Positions 16,307 through 28,441 of a DNA stretch of 64,000 bases are shown piece by piece. The position numbers and the translations under genes are program-made. The notes beneath the pieces are model-generated. The model did no database searches, was not told where the DNA came from, and saw nothing but the letters and a program-made list of their open reading frames with translations. Positions within the stretch are counted from its first letter, which is position 1, and every line of letters starts with the position of its first letter. The stretch comes from an uncultured bacterium (GTDB taxonomy: Bacteria; Verrucomicrobiota; Verrucomicrobiia; Limisphaerales; UBA8199), in assembly GCA_963749495.1 (NCBI GenBank), contig CAVVMW010000014.1, forward strand, positions 192,001 to 256,000, read 5' to 3'.

Positions 16307-16858
16307 TCAGGATGCGGCGGCTGCCGGTTGAGGGGCCGCCTCCGGGGCGCCCAGTTTGTCCTGGCGGGCTTGGAGCACGCGGGCCATCTGTGTGGCCGGT
16401 GTGTTGAGCAGGCGGACCAGGGTAGTGGCCGGGGCGGCCAGCAGGCCCAGCAACTTGGCCCGCAGGGCATCCAGGGACGGCAGGTCGGCCAGGGCCATGA
16501 TCTCGGGCTGGCCCAGGCGCTGGTTGTCCAGGTAGCCGAACTGGACCTTGAGCCGGTCCAACTCGGTCCCGTAAGTCTTGATGACCTTGGCAGCCGTGGA
16601 GATGTCGCGTTTGCCGGTCACCACGGCCAATTGGCCGCCCAGGGCGCCGTCGAAGCCGCTCACCCCGGCCTCCTTGGCGGCGATGCGGAAGATGGAGTTC
16701 TTCACCACGTGCACCTCCGCCCCCGCCTTGGTCAGGCGCTTGCGCAGTTCGGTAATCTGGCTCACCTTCAGGCCTTTGTATTCCACCACGATGAAAAAGG
16801 GCGAGGCATTGAGGCGCGCCACATATTCCTTGGTCAGGTATTGTTTTTCGGGACGCAT
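16307..16858 (-). CDS. rplJ: 50S ribosomal protein L10
   Basis: YKGLKVSQITELRKRL..VVKNS..LADLPS; conserved position. Confidence 0.97.
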   Translation of the reverse strand: MRPEKQYLTKEYVARLNASPFFIVVEYKGLKVSQITELRKRLTKAGAEVHVVKNSIFRIAAKEAGVSGFDGALGGQLAVVTGKRDISTAAKVIKTYGTELDRLKVQFGYLDNQRLGQPEIMALADLPSLDALRAKLLGLLAAPATTLVRLLNTPATQMARVLQARQDKLGAPEAAPQPAAAAS

Positions 16859-16881
16859 GTCTTGGAAAGGGTTGTGATGGT

Positions 16882-17574
16882 TCAGGCCATGAATTCCTTG
16901 AGGTCAAGCCTCACGGGCGGGCTCATCGTGGCCGAAAGGGTGCAACTGCTCACGTAGTTGCCCTTGACGCTGTGCGGCCGGGCCCGCAGGACCGCCTCGA
17001 TAACGGACCGGGCATTGTCCTGGATCTGGACCGGCGTGAAGGCCGCCTTGCCGACGGGAACATGGACATTGCCCGCCTTGTCGGTCTTGTACTCGACCCG
17101 CCCGGCCTTGACCTCTTTGACCGCCCGGCCGGTATCGTCGGTGACCGTGCCGGTCTTGGGGTTGGGCATCAAGCCGCGCGGGCCCAGGACCTTGCCCAGC
17201 TTGCGCACCTCGCCCATCGCCTCCGGCGTGGCTACCGCAACGTCGAAATCCGCCCAGCCCTCCTGGCACTTCTTGATCATGTCCTCGAAGCCGACATATT
17301 CGGCCCCGGCCGCCTTGGCGGCCTCGGCGGCGGGACCGCTCTTGGCAAAGACCAACACCCGGACCACCTTGCCGCTGCCGTGCGGCAGCGGGACCGTGCC
17401 GCGGACCATCTGGTCCGATTGCTTGGGGTCCACGGCCAGGCGGAAGGCCAGATCAACGGTCTCATTGAACTTGGCCTTCGGAAACTTGGCCAGCAGTTCC
17501 ACGGCGGACTTGAGCGGATAGGTCTTCTTCCCATCCACCATTTCAAGGGCTTTTCTGTAACGTTTGCTTGGCAT
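16882..17574 (-). CDS. rplA: 50S ribosomal protein L1
   Basis: VRGTVPLPHGSGK, LGPRGLMPNPKTGTVT. Confidence 0.99.
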   Translation of the reverse strand: MPSKRYRKALEMVDGKKTYPLKSAVELLAKFPKAKFNETVDLAFRLAVDPKQSDQMVRGTVPLPHGSGKVVRVLVFAKSGPAAEAAKAAGAEYVGFEDMIKKCQEGWADFDVAVATPEAMGEVRKLGKVLGPRGLMPNPKTGTVTDDTGRAVKEVKAGRVEYKTDKAGNVHVPVGKAAFTPVQIQDNARSVIEAVLRARPHSVKGNYVSSCTLSATMSPPVRLDLKEFMA

Positions 17575-17584
17575 GTTTTCGGTT

Positions 17585-17626
17585 GCGGTGCGACCGGGCC
17601 CCGGCTTGCCGGGACCCTCCCGCGGT
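17585..17626 (-). promoter_or_regulatory. Putative L1 autoregulatory RNA site upstream of rplA
   Basis: Minus strand GCGGGAG-hairpin-GCACCGC resembles L1-binding leaders. Confidence 0.45.
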
Positions 17627-17655
17627 GATGTGTTATTGATTATGGAACAAAAGCG

Positions 17656-18081
17656 CTATCCGACGACTTCAATACCCATGCTGCGGGCGGTGCCGGCCAC
17701 GACGCGGAAGGCGGCCTCCTCCGAGGTCGCGTTCAAATCTCTCATCTTGATCTTCACGATTTCCAGGACTTGTTTGCGAGTGACCTTGCCGACCTTTTCC
17801 TTGTTGGGTTCCTTGGAGCCGACGGTGATGTTGGCGGCCTTCTTGAGCAGGACCGAGGCCGGGGGAGACTTGGTGATAAAACTGAAGGACTTGTCGGCAT
17901 AGACGGTGATGACGACCGGGATGATCATGCCCGGCTGGTCCTTGGTCTTGGCATTGAACTCTTTGCAAAACGCCATGATGTTGACGCCGTGCTGGCCGAG
18001 GGCAGGGCCGACGGGCGGGGCAGGGTTGGCCTGGCCTGCGGGGATCTGCAGCTTGATTTGTCCGGTGATTTTCTTTGCCAT
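17656..18081 (-). CDS. rplK: 50S ribosomal protein L11
   Basis: [32 protein letters not shown]. Confidence 0.99.
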   Translation of the reverse strand: MAKKITGQIKLQIPAGQANPAPPVGPALGQHGVNIMAFCKEFNAKTKDQPGMIIPVVITVYADKSFSFITKSPPASVLLKKAANITVGSKEPNKEKVGKVTRKQVLEIVKIKMRDLNATSEEAAFRVVAGTARSMGIEVVG

Positions 18082-18200
18082 AATTCAGTGTCGGCTATCG
18101 TTGTGATTCGTCATTGGTCATTGGTCATTTGCCGCGCCACATTCCAGCCCGGCTCCGGCTCTTGCACTCCGCACTCCGCACTCCGCACTCCGCATTCGAT

Positions 18201-18749
18201 TCACCCCTTCTCCACCTGCCAATACTCCAGTTCGACTGGTGTGTTGCGGCCGAAAATGTTGACCGTGACCTTGAGTTTGCCGCGTTCGGGCTCGACCTCT
18301 TCGATGATGCCGCTGAAGTTGAGGAACGGGCCGTTGTTAATCTTGACGGTCTCGCCGACATCGAAGCTGACTTTGGGTTTCTCATGCTCCTCGGAGGCGG
18401 AGATCTGGTTCTTGATGGACTCGACCTCCTCGGCCGGGGTGGGGGTGGGTGGTTCGCCCCCCACAAAGCCGATGACACCCGGGGTCTCTTTGATGAAATA
18501 CCACGGCTTCTCGATGATGCGGTTGTTCTCGTCCAGCAGGGCCATGTCCACGAACACGTAGCCGGGCCAGAGCTTGCGAGTCGAGACGGTCTTTTTCTGG
18601 TTGCGCACCTCGACCACTTTCTCCATGGGGACCATCACTTCCTTGATGTAGTCGCCCATCTCTTCGGGTTTGATGCGCTTCTCGATGCCCTCTTTGACCT
18701 TCTGCTCCTGTCCGGACAGGGTATGAATGACAAACCACTGGCTTCGCAT
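18201..18749 (-). CDS. nusG: Transcription termination/antitermination factor NusG
   Basis: WFVIHTLSGQE, PGYVFV, KOW domain GPFLNFSG..IFGRNTPVEL. Confidence 0.98.
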   Translation of the reverse strand: MRSQWFVIHTLSGQEQKVKEGIEKRIKPEEMGDYIKEVMVPMEKVVEVRNQKKTVSTRKLWPGYVFVDMALLDENNRIIEKPWYFIKETPGVIGFVGGEPPTPTPAEEVESIKNQISASEEHEKPKVSFDVGETVKINNGPFLNFSGIIEEVEPERGKLKVTVNIFGRNTPVELEYWQVEKG

Positions 18750-18785
18750 ACGTCAATACGTCGCTGGGTAGGCCGAGGGCGAACG

Positions 18786-19052
18786 TCAGGCGATCGAGTC
18801 CATCCAGCGGACGATTACTGTGAAGATAAAGTCCGACAGGATCGTGAAGGCCCCCAGCAGGATAATCGAGATGCCCACGACCACAGTCGAGCCTTTCAGC
18901 TCTTCCCAGGTCGGCCAGGTGCACTTGCGCAATTCCTCGCGCGTCTGCTGGATGTAATCCTTGAAGCGCACCACGTGGCCCTTGCGCCACAGCCACAGGA
19001 ACACGCCGCCCACGATGACGGCCCAAACGACTATCCAGATTGTTTCTTGCAT
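18786..19052 (-). CDS. secE: Preprotein translocase subunit SecE
   Basis: ELRKCTWPTWEEL plus TM helix; upstream of nusG. Confidence 0.93.
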   Translation of the reverse strand: MQETIWIVVWAVIVGGVFLWLWRKGHVVRFKDYIQQTREELRKCTWPTWEELKGSTVVVGISIILLGAFTILSDFIFTVIVRWMDSIA

Positions 19053-19061
19053 ATAGTTTGT

Positions 19062-19152
19062 TGGCGGAGAGGGAGGGATTCGAACCCCCGTCGGCGGTTC
19101 ACGCCGAAGCGGTTTTCAAGACCGCCGCAATAGACCACTCTGCCACCTCTCC
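19062..19152 (-). tRNA. tRNA-Ser(TGA)
   Basis: Cloverleaf with long variable arm, anticodon loop CT-TGA-AA, GTTCGAATC, CCA end. Confidence 0.95.
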
Positions 19153-19164
19153 GGCATCGACAGT

Positions 19165-19240
19165 TGGCAGGGCGGGAGGGACTCGAACCCCCAACCGACG
19201 GTTTTGGAGACCGCTACTCTACCAATTGAGCTACCGCCCT
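19165..19240 (-). tRNA. tRNA-Trp(CCA)
   Basis: 76-nt cloverleaf, CT-CCA-AA loop, CCA end. Confidence 0.97.
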
Positions 19241-19328
19241 ACGCTCTGTCCTGCCGTCGAGTTACATCTTGCGTTTCTCAGGCGAGGGGGCGGGTGCTGG
19301 CCGCTTGCCCCGCCGGCTCCAAAACCGC

Positions 19329-20519
<1,191 letters not shown>

Positions 20520-20584
20520 TGCTCTCTCCTGGTGTTGTTGTCGCTGTCTTGTGCGTTATTTAATTTGATTTGATCTCATTAAAC

Positions 20585-20660
20585 TGGAGCCCATGATCAG
20601 GGTTGAACTGATGACCTCGTCCTTACCAAGGACGCGCTCTGCCAACTGAGCTACATGGGC
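20585..20660 (-). tRNA. tRNA-Thr(GGT)
   Basis: 76-nt cloverleaf, TT-GGT-AA loop, CCA end. Confidence 0.96.
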
Positions 20661-20835
20661 CCGCGCCCCAAGTGCCTTCGGGGCCAGCCAAATCCGATCT
20701 GTCTTTCATGCTGAAACCAATAAACGACAAAGACCCATTGCCCCTCCTTTTTCCTTTTTCGAAGGCTGGGGGCTACGGACTTTCGACTTTTACGGCCCAA
20801 TGACAGCCGCAAATTACGGGACTGCCGCCAGGATG

Positions 20836-21855
20836 TCAATGGGGTTTATCATTTTTTTTAGGGCCAAAAAAACCCGGCCCGCCGGACCCTCCTCGCCCCT
20901 TCCGCCATGCCACCCTGGGCGGCTCCGGCAGCCCCTGCGCCCTGAGTGCCGTGCGGAAATGCACCTTGGCCACTTTCGGCAGGTTCTGGGCGCCATACCG
21001 GGCCACAAACTCCCGCGCTGCCGCATCCACGGCGGCCGACGCCCCCTTGGGCAGTTCCATGCCGAATTCTTTCTGGAGCTTTCCCAGCCTTGTGACAAAC
21101 TCATGCCGGGCCAGGATGGACGCCGCCGCCACTGCCAGGTCCTCTTCCGCCCGGTGTTTCTGGACCAACTCGATGGCGCGGCCAAGGGGCATTAGCGCCC
21201 TGGCCACCGTGTCCTGGCTCGAGGCGAACTGGTCGCTGATGGCCCGGACCGGGGGCGGGACCAAGCGGTGCTTCTGGCCCATGAGGTTTTCGATGGCGCG
21301 CGCATGGCCCCAGGCCAGTATGGCGTTGACGCTCTTGAGCTTGGCGTAGAGGCGGTTGTAGGCCTCGTTTCCGATCGGAATGACCGTGCTGGCGCAGCCG
21401 GCGGTGTTGCGGATCAACTCGGCCAGCTCGCGGATGCGGTTGTCGCTCGAAATGTTCTTGGAATCGCGGATGCCGGAGTCTTTCCAGGCCCGGACGACCG
21501 CCTCGTTCACATAGACGCCGGCGATGCAGAGCGGGCCGAAAAAGTCGCCCTTGCCGCTCTCATCCACCCCGAGGCGTGGCGCCAGCAGGTCCGGGTTCAA
21601 GACCGCCTCATAGCCGAGCCGGGCCTCCCGCAGGATCTCCGGTTCCAGGACGAACTCGACAAACTCCTGCGTGCCCTTGCCTTGGACGACCAGTTTGCCG
21701 CTCTCGTAAAAGACCACGTTGGTCTTGTCTTTCTCGGCGGCAAACCGGGCGTAGGGCACCTGGCGAAAATGGAACTGACGGGCCTCCAGCAAGGCCCGCA
21801 ACTCCTCAGCTTGAGCATCCGTCAGCCTGGCGGTGTGTGAAGTCAGAAGTTTCAC
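20836..21855 (-). CDS. rnhC: Ribonuclease HIII
   Basis: N-terminal TBP-like YESGKLVVQGKG; LGVDESGKGDFFGP, DSK, AVAAASILAR, KVHFRT. Confidence 0.93.
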   Translation of the reverse strand: MKLLTSHTARLTDAQAEELRALLEARQFHFRQVPYARFAAEKDKTNVVFYESGKLVVQGKGTQEFVEFVLEPEILREARLGYEAVLNPDLLAPRLGVDESGKGDFFGPLCIAGVYVNEAVVRAWKDSGIRDSKNISSDNRIRELAELIRNTAGCASTVIPIGNEAYNRLYAKLKSVNAILAWGHARAIENLMGQKHRLVPPPVRAISDQFASSQDTVARALMPLGRAIELVQKHRAEEDLAVAAASILARHEFVTRLGKLQKEFGMELPKGASAAVDAAAREFVARYGAQNLPKVAKVHFRTALRAQGLPEPPRVAWRKGRGGSGGPGFFGPKKNDKPH

Positions 21856-22060
21856 TGGCGCGCCTTCGTTTTTCGTGGGAGAGCCTTAACCCGCCCCGGC
21901 CCGCCAGTCAACCTTGAACCAGCCCAGGCGCGCGACCGGGGCGCTCTTGACACTGCCCCCGGAGTGCGCCCGTCCCCGGGCGCAGCAGCGACGGAGCGGG
22001 CAGGCGCGCCGGAGTATTCGACCGCTGCCCTGGCTCCGGACGTTGCTGCGCCCGGGGACG

Positions 22061-24445
22061 CTGCACCTTACACGCATTTTCATCGCGCAACCTCCGTTGC
22101 CTGTCGTTGTAATCGCCAGCCCCACGACAAGTCCATTAACCTGCGCAGGCCGCAACCGATACTCTCAGCGCCCGGTTCCCCGTCACCTTTTCTGGCCAAA
22201 TAGCCTCCCAGTCTGCCGACTAGTCTGTTGGCTTCGCCCAGGGTCAGACGCGATGCCTCTTCTCGGCTGAAGTTTTTTTTAGCGCCGCTTGCAATACTTG
22301 TAGTTCTTGCGGCGAATACAGAACGCTGGCGGGCAGTTGCGGCAAAGCTCGCCCCAGTTTAACACAGGCCAAGACCCGCCAAGCCACGATCAAATCGAAG
22401 GCCAGCACCCGCTGAAGATGTTCGGCGGTTTTAAATTCCCGGTGTTCGACTCCGCAGCCGTTCTTAAGCGCGCGATGCCACTCTTCGATGCCCCAGCGAC
22501 GGCAATACCATTGCACTTTCTCCCAGGCCTGTGGGGCGGTCGTGATCGGCATATCGGTCAACAGCATCCAATCAATGGGCTCGGCGCCCGCTGGGGGGTT
22601 GGTCTCGTACCCAAACCGCCCACAGGCTCAACGAGGGCCAACCCTTCTTGCAACCCACGGCGGGGGCCTCAATGGTTACGGAGGACCACCGCACCTGCAC
22701 GTGCGCTGTGCGCGGGGGCTGGCCCCGATGCCGCGGCAGCTTAAGCTCACGGGTCTCGCCTACCGGCTGGCTTTCCATGAAAGCCCACAGTTTTTTGTGG
22801 CAGTCCAGCTTGCGGTCGTGCTGCGCACGGACCAGCGCGTGCAGGTTGTCCGGTCCAATCTGAGTGGCGTCGTACAACTCGTAAAGGTCCCCTTCGCGAT
22901 CGGTGATCACTACCAGTTGCGTTTGGGGCATGCGCCGCGCGGCCGCGCCTGCCCGCTGAAAAGCTTCTATCCAGCGATAGCTTTCCTTTTCATCAATGGA
23001 TTTGGCGTTGCGGCCTCGTCCCGAGGGGTCCGAGGGGCCTTGGGGCGGCCGCGCCCAGCACCGGGCATCCAGCACGCCCAAGGGCACGCCATCGGGGCGA
23101 AAGGCCAGCAGGGTGTGCAGCCACAGACCACGGCCCTTTTCCTCGCCCAAGGATCCCAAGCCGGTGGTCTGCTCCAAGCCGGTGTAGTTAAGCCCGGTAG
23201 TGTCCTGCGGCAGGAGCACCAGCGGCTCGGCCGCCATGCGGGCCTGCGTCGCCTGCTGGTGCGCCTCCAACAGCCGCTCCAGACTGATTTCCTGGCTCTC
23301 GTGCTCGATCAACCCATAGGCCGCCTTGGCCGGAGACCAGGAGCTAAAGCTGCCGTAGAAGCTGGCTTGCGGCTGCTGCCAACGGGCTTCCAGGATTTTG
23401 ACGGCGCGGTGCTGGCGGCGCTGGTCGCCTAAATCCAGTCCCGCCATCTCGTAAGCGCACCAATCCTCCTGCGCCAGACTTTGCTCCAGGTGCTGCGGGC
23501 TGAGCGCCGGCGGCACTTCGGTCTGTAGGTGCTGGCGAGCCCCTCTGATCCACTGGGAACACCCAAACGTCCTTCAAGCTCTTAACCGGCCTGTCTGGGC
23601 CAGCCGGCCACGCCCCGTGCTGACTCCCACCCGCAACCAATTGGCCGCGCTGAAGCACCGCCCCGTGAACTTGGAGCGATCCACGTAGGTTTCGACTAAC
23701 TGCGGTCGGCTCCCATAACGCGCCTGCCAATCCTGCGCCAGCCGCGCCAGGGCCAAACTCAACACCTTGGAGGTCAAATTGGTGCAGTGCACCTCCTTGC
23801 GAATGAGCAGTCGCGATAAACCGATTACCTCGCGCAAGTGGCCCAAACGAGCCGCTGTGGACCAGCCAATCCACTGGTCGCGCGAGGCTAACGCAAAGGC
23901 GGGGGGTCCAAAACCCAGCGCTCCCAGCCAGCCATGGTCGCTGCCGATCAGGTAGCGAAGTTGGGCTCCCACCAGCGGGGCGTCGCCGCAGGGATGCTGC
24001 GCGATAATCAAATCGTTCCACAGCCCATGCAGCGGGTCCTCCTGCCCGCTCAACAAATGCAGCCGCAGCCCTTGGATCTGATCGACGCGCCGCGGCACCC
24101 CGTGCAAGGGTGGCAGCTCCTGGCCGCTAGCTCGCAACCGATGTCGGGCTTTGCCCCTGGCCTGGCGCAGCACCAGAATTCCGCGCTTCTGCAGTTTGCG
24201 CAGCGCCACCTTGGCACTGGACAAGGCCAGCCGCCCGTCCGGCCGATACCACGCCAGCAGCCCACAGGCCTCCCGGGCCAGTGTATTACCCGTAGGCTCG
24301 GGTTCCTGCCGGGCCAGTTGGTTGAGGTGTTCCACAACTTCAGGGCGAAATTCGCGCCCGCAGACGACGATTGGCTCTTGCATCCCCATCTTCTGCCGGA
24401 ATTCGCGAAGGTTGTCTAGCGGAAAAAAATGCGTGTAAGGTGCAG
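22061..24445 (-). mobile_element. IS4-family (IS50/Tn5-like) insertion sequence, 2385 bp
   Basis: Perfect 20-bp TIRs CTGCACCTTACACGCATTTT (22061-22080 and 24426-24445); 8-bp target duplication CGGGGACG. Confidence 0.93.
22080..24389 (-). CDS. DUF4338-fused IS4-family transposase (frameshifted in this sequence)
   Basis: N-terminal GAQLRYL..RDQWIGW..ETYVD..FTGRCFSAANW (DUF4338-like); LGDQR, QDTT, DREGD, YCRRWGIEEWHRALK, LGGYLARKGDGEPG; breaks near 23590, 22600 and 22275. Confidence 0.85.
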
Positions 24446-24658
24446 CGGGGACGGGCGCACTCCGGCCCGGCCCCGGCGTTGGAAGACCGGGGGCCCTCTT
24501 GTCCCTTCCATCATGCTCTCGCCCCTCGCGACAAAAAGCTCAGCCGAAATCGCGGAATGCCGATAACAGGGCAGAGCAGCCGAATCGGGCGGGCGGGCGT
24601 TTGCAGCAGTCCACCAGGCCAATAATCGGTTCGGCAGCGGCTCGAGCAGCAGTATGCA

Positions 24659-27019
24659 GTGAACGCGCCTAAGCCCAAGCCCAGTTTCACCAGCTTGCGG
24701 GTGCGGTTGGTTGGGACGGTGTTCCTGGCCATCGCCCCGGCATGGGTGGCCATTCATCTCATTGCGGAACACACCGGGACGGAGCCGCCGTGGGCCCCGT
24801 TTGTCGTGGGATTGCTGGCCTTGGCGGCGGCGTGGCTGGGGGGAGAACACTTCATTCTGCGGCAGGTGCGCACGTTGTTGGTGGCGGCCAAACGGTTGGC
24901 GGCCGGGGACCTGAGCAGCCGGGCAGGTCTGGAGCACGAGGTGGGCGAGTTGGGGGAGATGGCCAGGACCTTCGATGGGATGGCGCAGACCCTCCAGGAA
25001 AAGGTCAAGGAGCGTGATCGGAGCGAGAAGACGCTGCTCAACCGCTCGTTTCAGCAGGCGGTGGTCAGCGCCCTGGGCCAATTCGCCCTGGTGAGCAACG
25101 ACTTTTCGGCGCTGCTGACCCAGGCAGTGCTGCTGGTGACGCAAACGCTGGAGGTGGAGTATGGGTGCGTCCTGGAGTTGCTCGCGGATGGCCGGAACCT
25201 GCTGCTGCGGACCGGGGTGGGGTGGGAACACGGGGCAGTGGGCAAATTGACAATGTCGGCGGACCGGGCAACGCAGGCGGGGTTCACGCTAGCGGTGGGC
25301 GAACCGGTGGTGGTCGAGCACCAGCCTGACGAAAAGCGGTTTGGGACGACGCCCTTTTTCGAGTATCACGGCGTCGTCAGCGGGATAACCGTAGCCATCT
25401 CCGGTCATGACCGGGCCTACGGCGTCCTGGGTGTACACACCACCAACCGGCGGACCTTTACGGAGGACGAGGTCCATTTCCTGCTGGCCATCGCCACGGT
25501 GGTGGCGATGGCGGTTGCGCGCAGCCAGACGCAGGTCCAACTCCAGAAACTGGCCGCCTTCGTCCAACTCCACCCCAACCCGGCCATGGAATTGGACGCC
25601 CTGGGCCGAATCACTTACTCGAACGAGGCGGCCCGCAAGCTGGCCGTCTCGGTCGGGCGCAGCGACCCCGCCGGCCTGCTCCCGGAGGACATCCGGGAAT
25701 TGGTGCGGGACTGCCTGGCCACAGGCCCCAGCCTGGTGCGGCACGAGACCCGGACTGGGGGCCGGGCGCTGACCTGGTCATTTCACCCGGTCCTCCAGAG
25801 CCAGGCGGTGCATTGCTATGTCGAGGACATCACGACGCGGCTGAGCCTGGAGGCCCAGTTGCGGCAGTCGCAGAAGATGGAATCGGTAGGCCAACTGGCC
25901 GCCGGCGTGGCCCACGATTTCAACAACATGCTCACCGTCATCCAGGGCCATGCGGGCATGCTCCTCTCCAAGACCTCTCTGCCTTGTGCTCTGCTGGATT
26001 CTGCCCAAGCCATCTTCTACGCCGCCGAACGCGCGGCCGGCCTGACCCGCCAACTCCTGGTCTTCAGCCGCAAGAACGTCATGCAGGTCGAGTTGCTCGA
26101 CTTGCGCGAAGTGGTCGGCAACCTGAGCAGGATGCTCGAGCGCCTCCTGGGCGAGACGATCACCCTCCATTTCCGGCCCCCGGACCAGGTCCCGCTGATC
26201 CGGGCGGACAACTGCATGATCGAGCAGGTGGTCATGAACCTGGCCGTCAACGCCCGCGATGCCATGCCCAAGGGGGGCACCCTGAGCATCCGCCTGGAGG
26301 CGGTCGAGGTGGACACAACTTATGTCCAGGCCCATCCCGAGGCGCAGGCAGGCCCCGCGGTGTGCCTGCGGATGACCGACACCGGCTGCGGCATGGATGC
26401 CGCCACCCTGGCGCGCATCTTCGAGCCGTTCTTCACGACCAAGGAGGTCGGCAAGGGCACCGGCCTGGGCCTGGCAACCGTTTATGGGATTGTCAAACGT
26501 CATGGCGGCTGGATCGAGGTGGCCAGCGAAGTCGGCTGGGGAACCACCTTCGCCATCTTTTTGCCTGCCAGCACCGGCCCGGTCGAGGCCCAGGCTCCTG
26601 CCAAAGCGCCCGCCTCGGAGGTCACAACCGGCACCGAGACCATCCTGGTAGTGGAGGACGAACCGGTCCTGCGCGACATGGCCCACGTGATCCTCGAAGA
26701 CTGCGGTTACAAAATCCTCGAGGCCCCCTCCGGCCGCAAGGCCATCGATGTCTGGAACCAGCACTCCGGCGCCATCGACCTGCTCCTGACCGACATGGTC
26801 ATGCCCGAGGGCATCTCCGGCATGGACCTCGCCCAGCGCCTCCAGGCCAACAATCCCAAACTCAAGATCGTCTTCGCCAGCGGCTATAGCATGGACGACC
26901 TCGACACCACCTTCCTGCGCCAGGGCAACGCCGCCTTCCTCCAAAAACCCTACACTCACGCCACTCTCGCCAAAGCCGTCCGCGATTGCTTGGATAAAGG
27001 CGCGTACCAAAAAGGCTAA
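24659..27019 (+). CDS. Hybrid sensor histidine kinase (TM-HAMP-GAF-PAS-HisKA-HATPase-REC)
   Basis: [53 protein letters not shown]. Confidence 0.95.
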   Translation: MNAPKPKPSFTSLRVRLVGTVFLAIAPAWVAIHLIAEHTGTEPPWAPFVVGLLALAAAWLGGEHFILRQVRTLLVAAKRLAAGDLSSRAGLEHEVGELGEMARTFDGMAQTLQEKVKERDRSEKTLLNRSFQQAVVSALGQFALVSNDFSALLTQAVLLVTQTLEVEYGCVLELLADGRNLLLRTGVGWEHGAVGKLTMSADRATQAGFTLAVGEPVVVEHQPDEKRFGTTPFFEYHGVVSGITVAISGHDRAYGVLGVHTTNRRTFTEDEVHFLLAIATVVAMAVARSQTQVQLQKLAAFVQLHPNPAMELDALGRITYSNEAARKLAVSVGRSDPAGLLPEDIRELVRDCLATGPSLVRHETRTGGRALTWSFHPVLQSQAVHCYVEDITTRLSLEAQLRQSQKMESVGQLAAGVAHDFNNMLTVIQGHAGMLLSKTSLPCALLDSAQAIFYAAERAAGLTRQLLVFSRKNVMQVELLDLREVVGNLSRMLERLLGETITLHFRPPDQVPLIRADNCMIEQVVMNLAVNARDAMPKGGTLSIRLEAVEVDTTYVQAHPEAQAGPAVCLRMTDTGCGMDAATLARIFEPFFTTKEVGKGTGLGLATVYGIVKRHGGWIEVASEVGWGTTFAIFLPASTGPVEAQAPAKAPASEVTTGTETILVVEDEPVLRDMAHVILEDCGYKILEAPSGRKAIDVWNQHSGAIDLLLTDMVMPEGISGMDLAQRLQANNPKLKIVFASGYSMDDLDTTFLRQGNAAFLQKPYTHATLAKAVRDCLDKGAYQKG

Positions 27020-27126
27020 AGGCTAAAGGCTAAAGGCTAAAGTGAAGAGACCTGAGGCCGCGCCAAAACCCCCTTACCTTCGGCGGTTGAGCCTTTTGGA
27101 CTTTAGCCTTTAGCCTTTAGCCTTTT
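27011..27126. repeat. Inverted heptamer arrays (AAAGGCT)n / (AGCCTTT)n between convergent genes
   Basis: Four AAAGGCT units at 27011-27038; complementary units at 27102-27125. Confidence 0.8.
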
Positions 27127-27129
27127 TCT

Positions 27130-28257
27130 TCACGCGCTTCCCGCCAGCATCGCCTCCACCTGCATGGTCTTGGGACCGTCCTCGGCGCAGAGCGCATAGC
27201 GGACAGGCTGTTTGCCCGACAATTCATAGAGCGAAACGGCGGCGTGCTCGCCCTTGGTGTTCAAGACGTAATAGATGAGATTGAAATTGGGTTTGCCGGG
27301 CGAATTGAGCAGCCGTTTCTGGACGGTGTTGGCCACCACCCGTTCGAGCGCGGCCATGGCCGCATCCTTTGGCGAGCGGCCGCGGCGCATCGCCTCGACG
27401 ATGAGAAACGAGGCCAGCGAGAAGAGGTTGGCCTCGCCGCGCCCGGTTGAGCCGGCCGCTCCAACGTCCCCATCCACGTAGAGCCCGGCCCCGAGGATCG
27501 GCGAGTCGCCGACACGTCCGGGAATCTTCCATGCCAGCCCGCTGGTCGTGGTCACACCTGCAACCTCGCCTTTGGCATTCACGCCGTTGCAGTTGATCGT
27601 CCCGTAGAAATGGTCGGGGTCAACCAGCCCCTCGGCCACCATCTCGAGCCCGGCGCGGCGTCGGGCCTCCGCCCGCTCCTTGGGCGTCGGATAATGCTCC
27701 GGGTCGGTCCGCCGCTTCCACTCCAGCCAGAGCCGCCGCGCTTTCTCCGTGATCAAGTCCGCCTCGATCTTGAAACCCATGTTCCGGGCAAATCGTTGGG
27801 CGTCTTTTCCCACCAGCAGGTGGTGGTCGGTCTCTTCCATCACCTTCCTGGCCACCAACGAGGGCGTCCGCACCCCCTCCAGACACGCCACCGCCCCCGC
27901 CCGCTTCGACGGCCCGTCCATCACCGAGGCATCGAGTTGCACGACCCCCTCCGCGTTGGGCAGGCCGCCGTAGCCGACGCTGGTGTCCTCCGGGTCCAAC
28001 TCGACGATGTTCACGCCGGCGATGACCGCATCCAGCACGTCCGCCCCCGAAGTGATCATCTTGCATGCCTTGGCCACGCACGTCAGACCCTCGGCGTCTT
28101 TGGAGATGTTCCCGTTGGCGGCGGAGACCACCAGCGGCCTGACGCTGCGCCTGACCAGCACCTGGGGCGCCTGGGCCAGGCTCAAAAACGACGGGCCCGC
28201 CAGGACCCCTATCCCGGCTGCCGCTACAAAACCGCGACGGTTTAGCTGTTTGCGCAT
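27130..28257 (-). CDS. Tat-exported glycosylasparaginase / isoaspartyl peptidase (Ntn hydrolase)
   Basis: NRRGF Tat motif; SVGYGGLPN..LDASVMDG, GTI, TTTSGLAWKIPGRVGDSPILGAGLY. Confidence 0.9.
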   Translation of the reverse strand: MRKQLNRRGFVAAAGIGVLAGPSFLSLAQAPQVLVRRSVRPLVVSAANGNISKDAEGLTCVAKACKMITSGADVLDAVIAGVNIVELDPEDTSVGYGGLPNAEGVVQLDASVMDGPSKRAGAVACLEGVRTPSLVARKVMEETDHHLLVGKDAQRFARNMGFKIEADLITEKARRLWLEWKRRTDPEHYPTPKERAEARRRAGLEMVAEGLVDPDHFYGTINCNGVNAKGEVAGVTTTSGLAWKIPGRVGDSPILGAGLYVDGDVGAAGSTGRGEANLFSLASFLIVEAMRRGRSPKDAAMAALERVVANTVQKRLLNSPGKPNFNLIYYVLNTKGEHAAVSLYELSGKQPVRYALCAEDGPKTMQVEAMLAGSA

Positions 28258-28441
28258 ACTCGTTCGTCTCTGCCGGGCTGCGACCGCAGCCGGCCTTGTG
28301 AGTTCGTGTTCGGGCTTACATTGGACTCGAGTGCCCCGGAAGGCAAGGGGCTTCAAAGAGCCTCGGCTGCATCGCCGCTGTTGACGGCTGCTCGGGGTTT
28401 TGCAAGTCTGGCCTGGTCTCCGAGCAACGAAAGGCAACGCT

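Larger units (their letters stand above)
21940..24463. repeat. REP-like family B copy interrupted by the IS
   Basis: ggagtgcgcccgtccccgggcgcagc...gctgcgcccggggacg|IS|cggggacgggcgcactcc; intact copies at 44161 and 51168. Confidence 0.88.
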
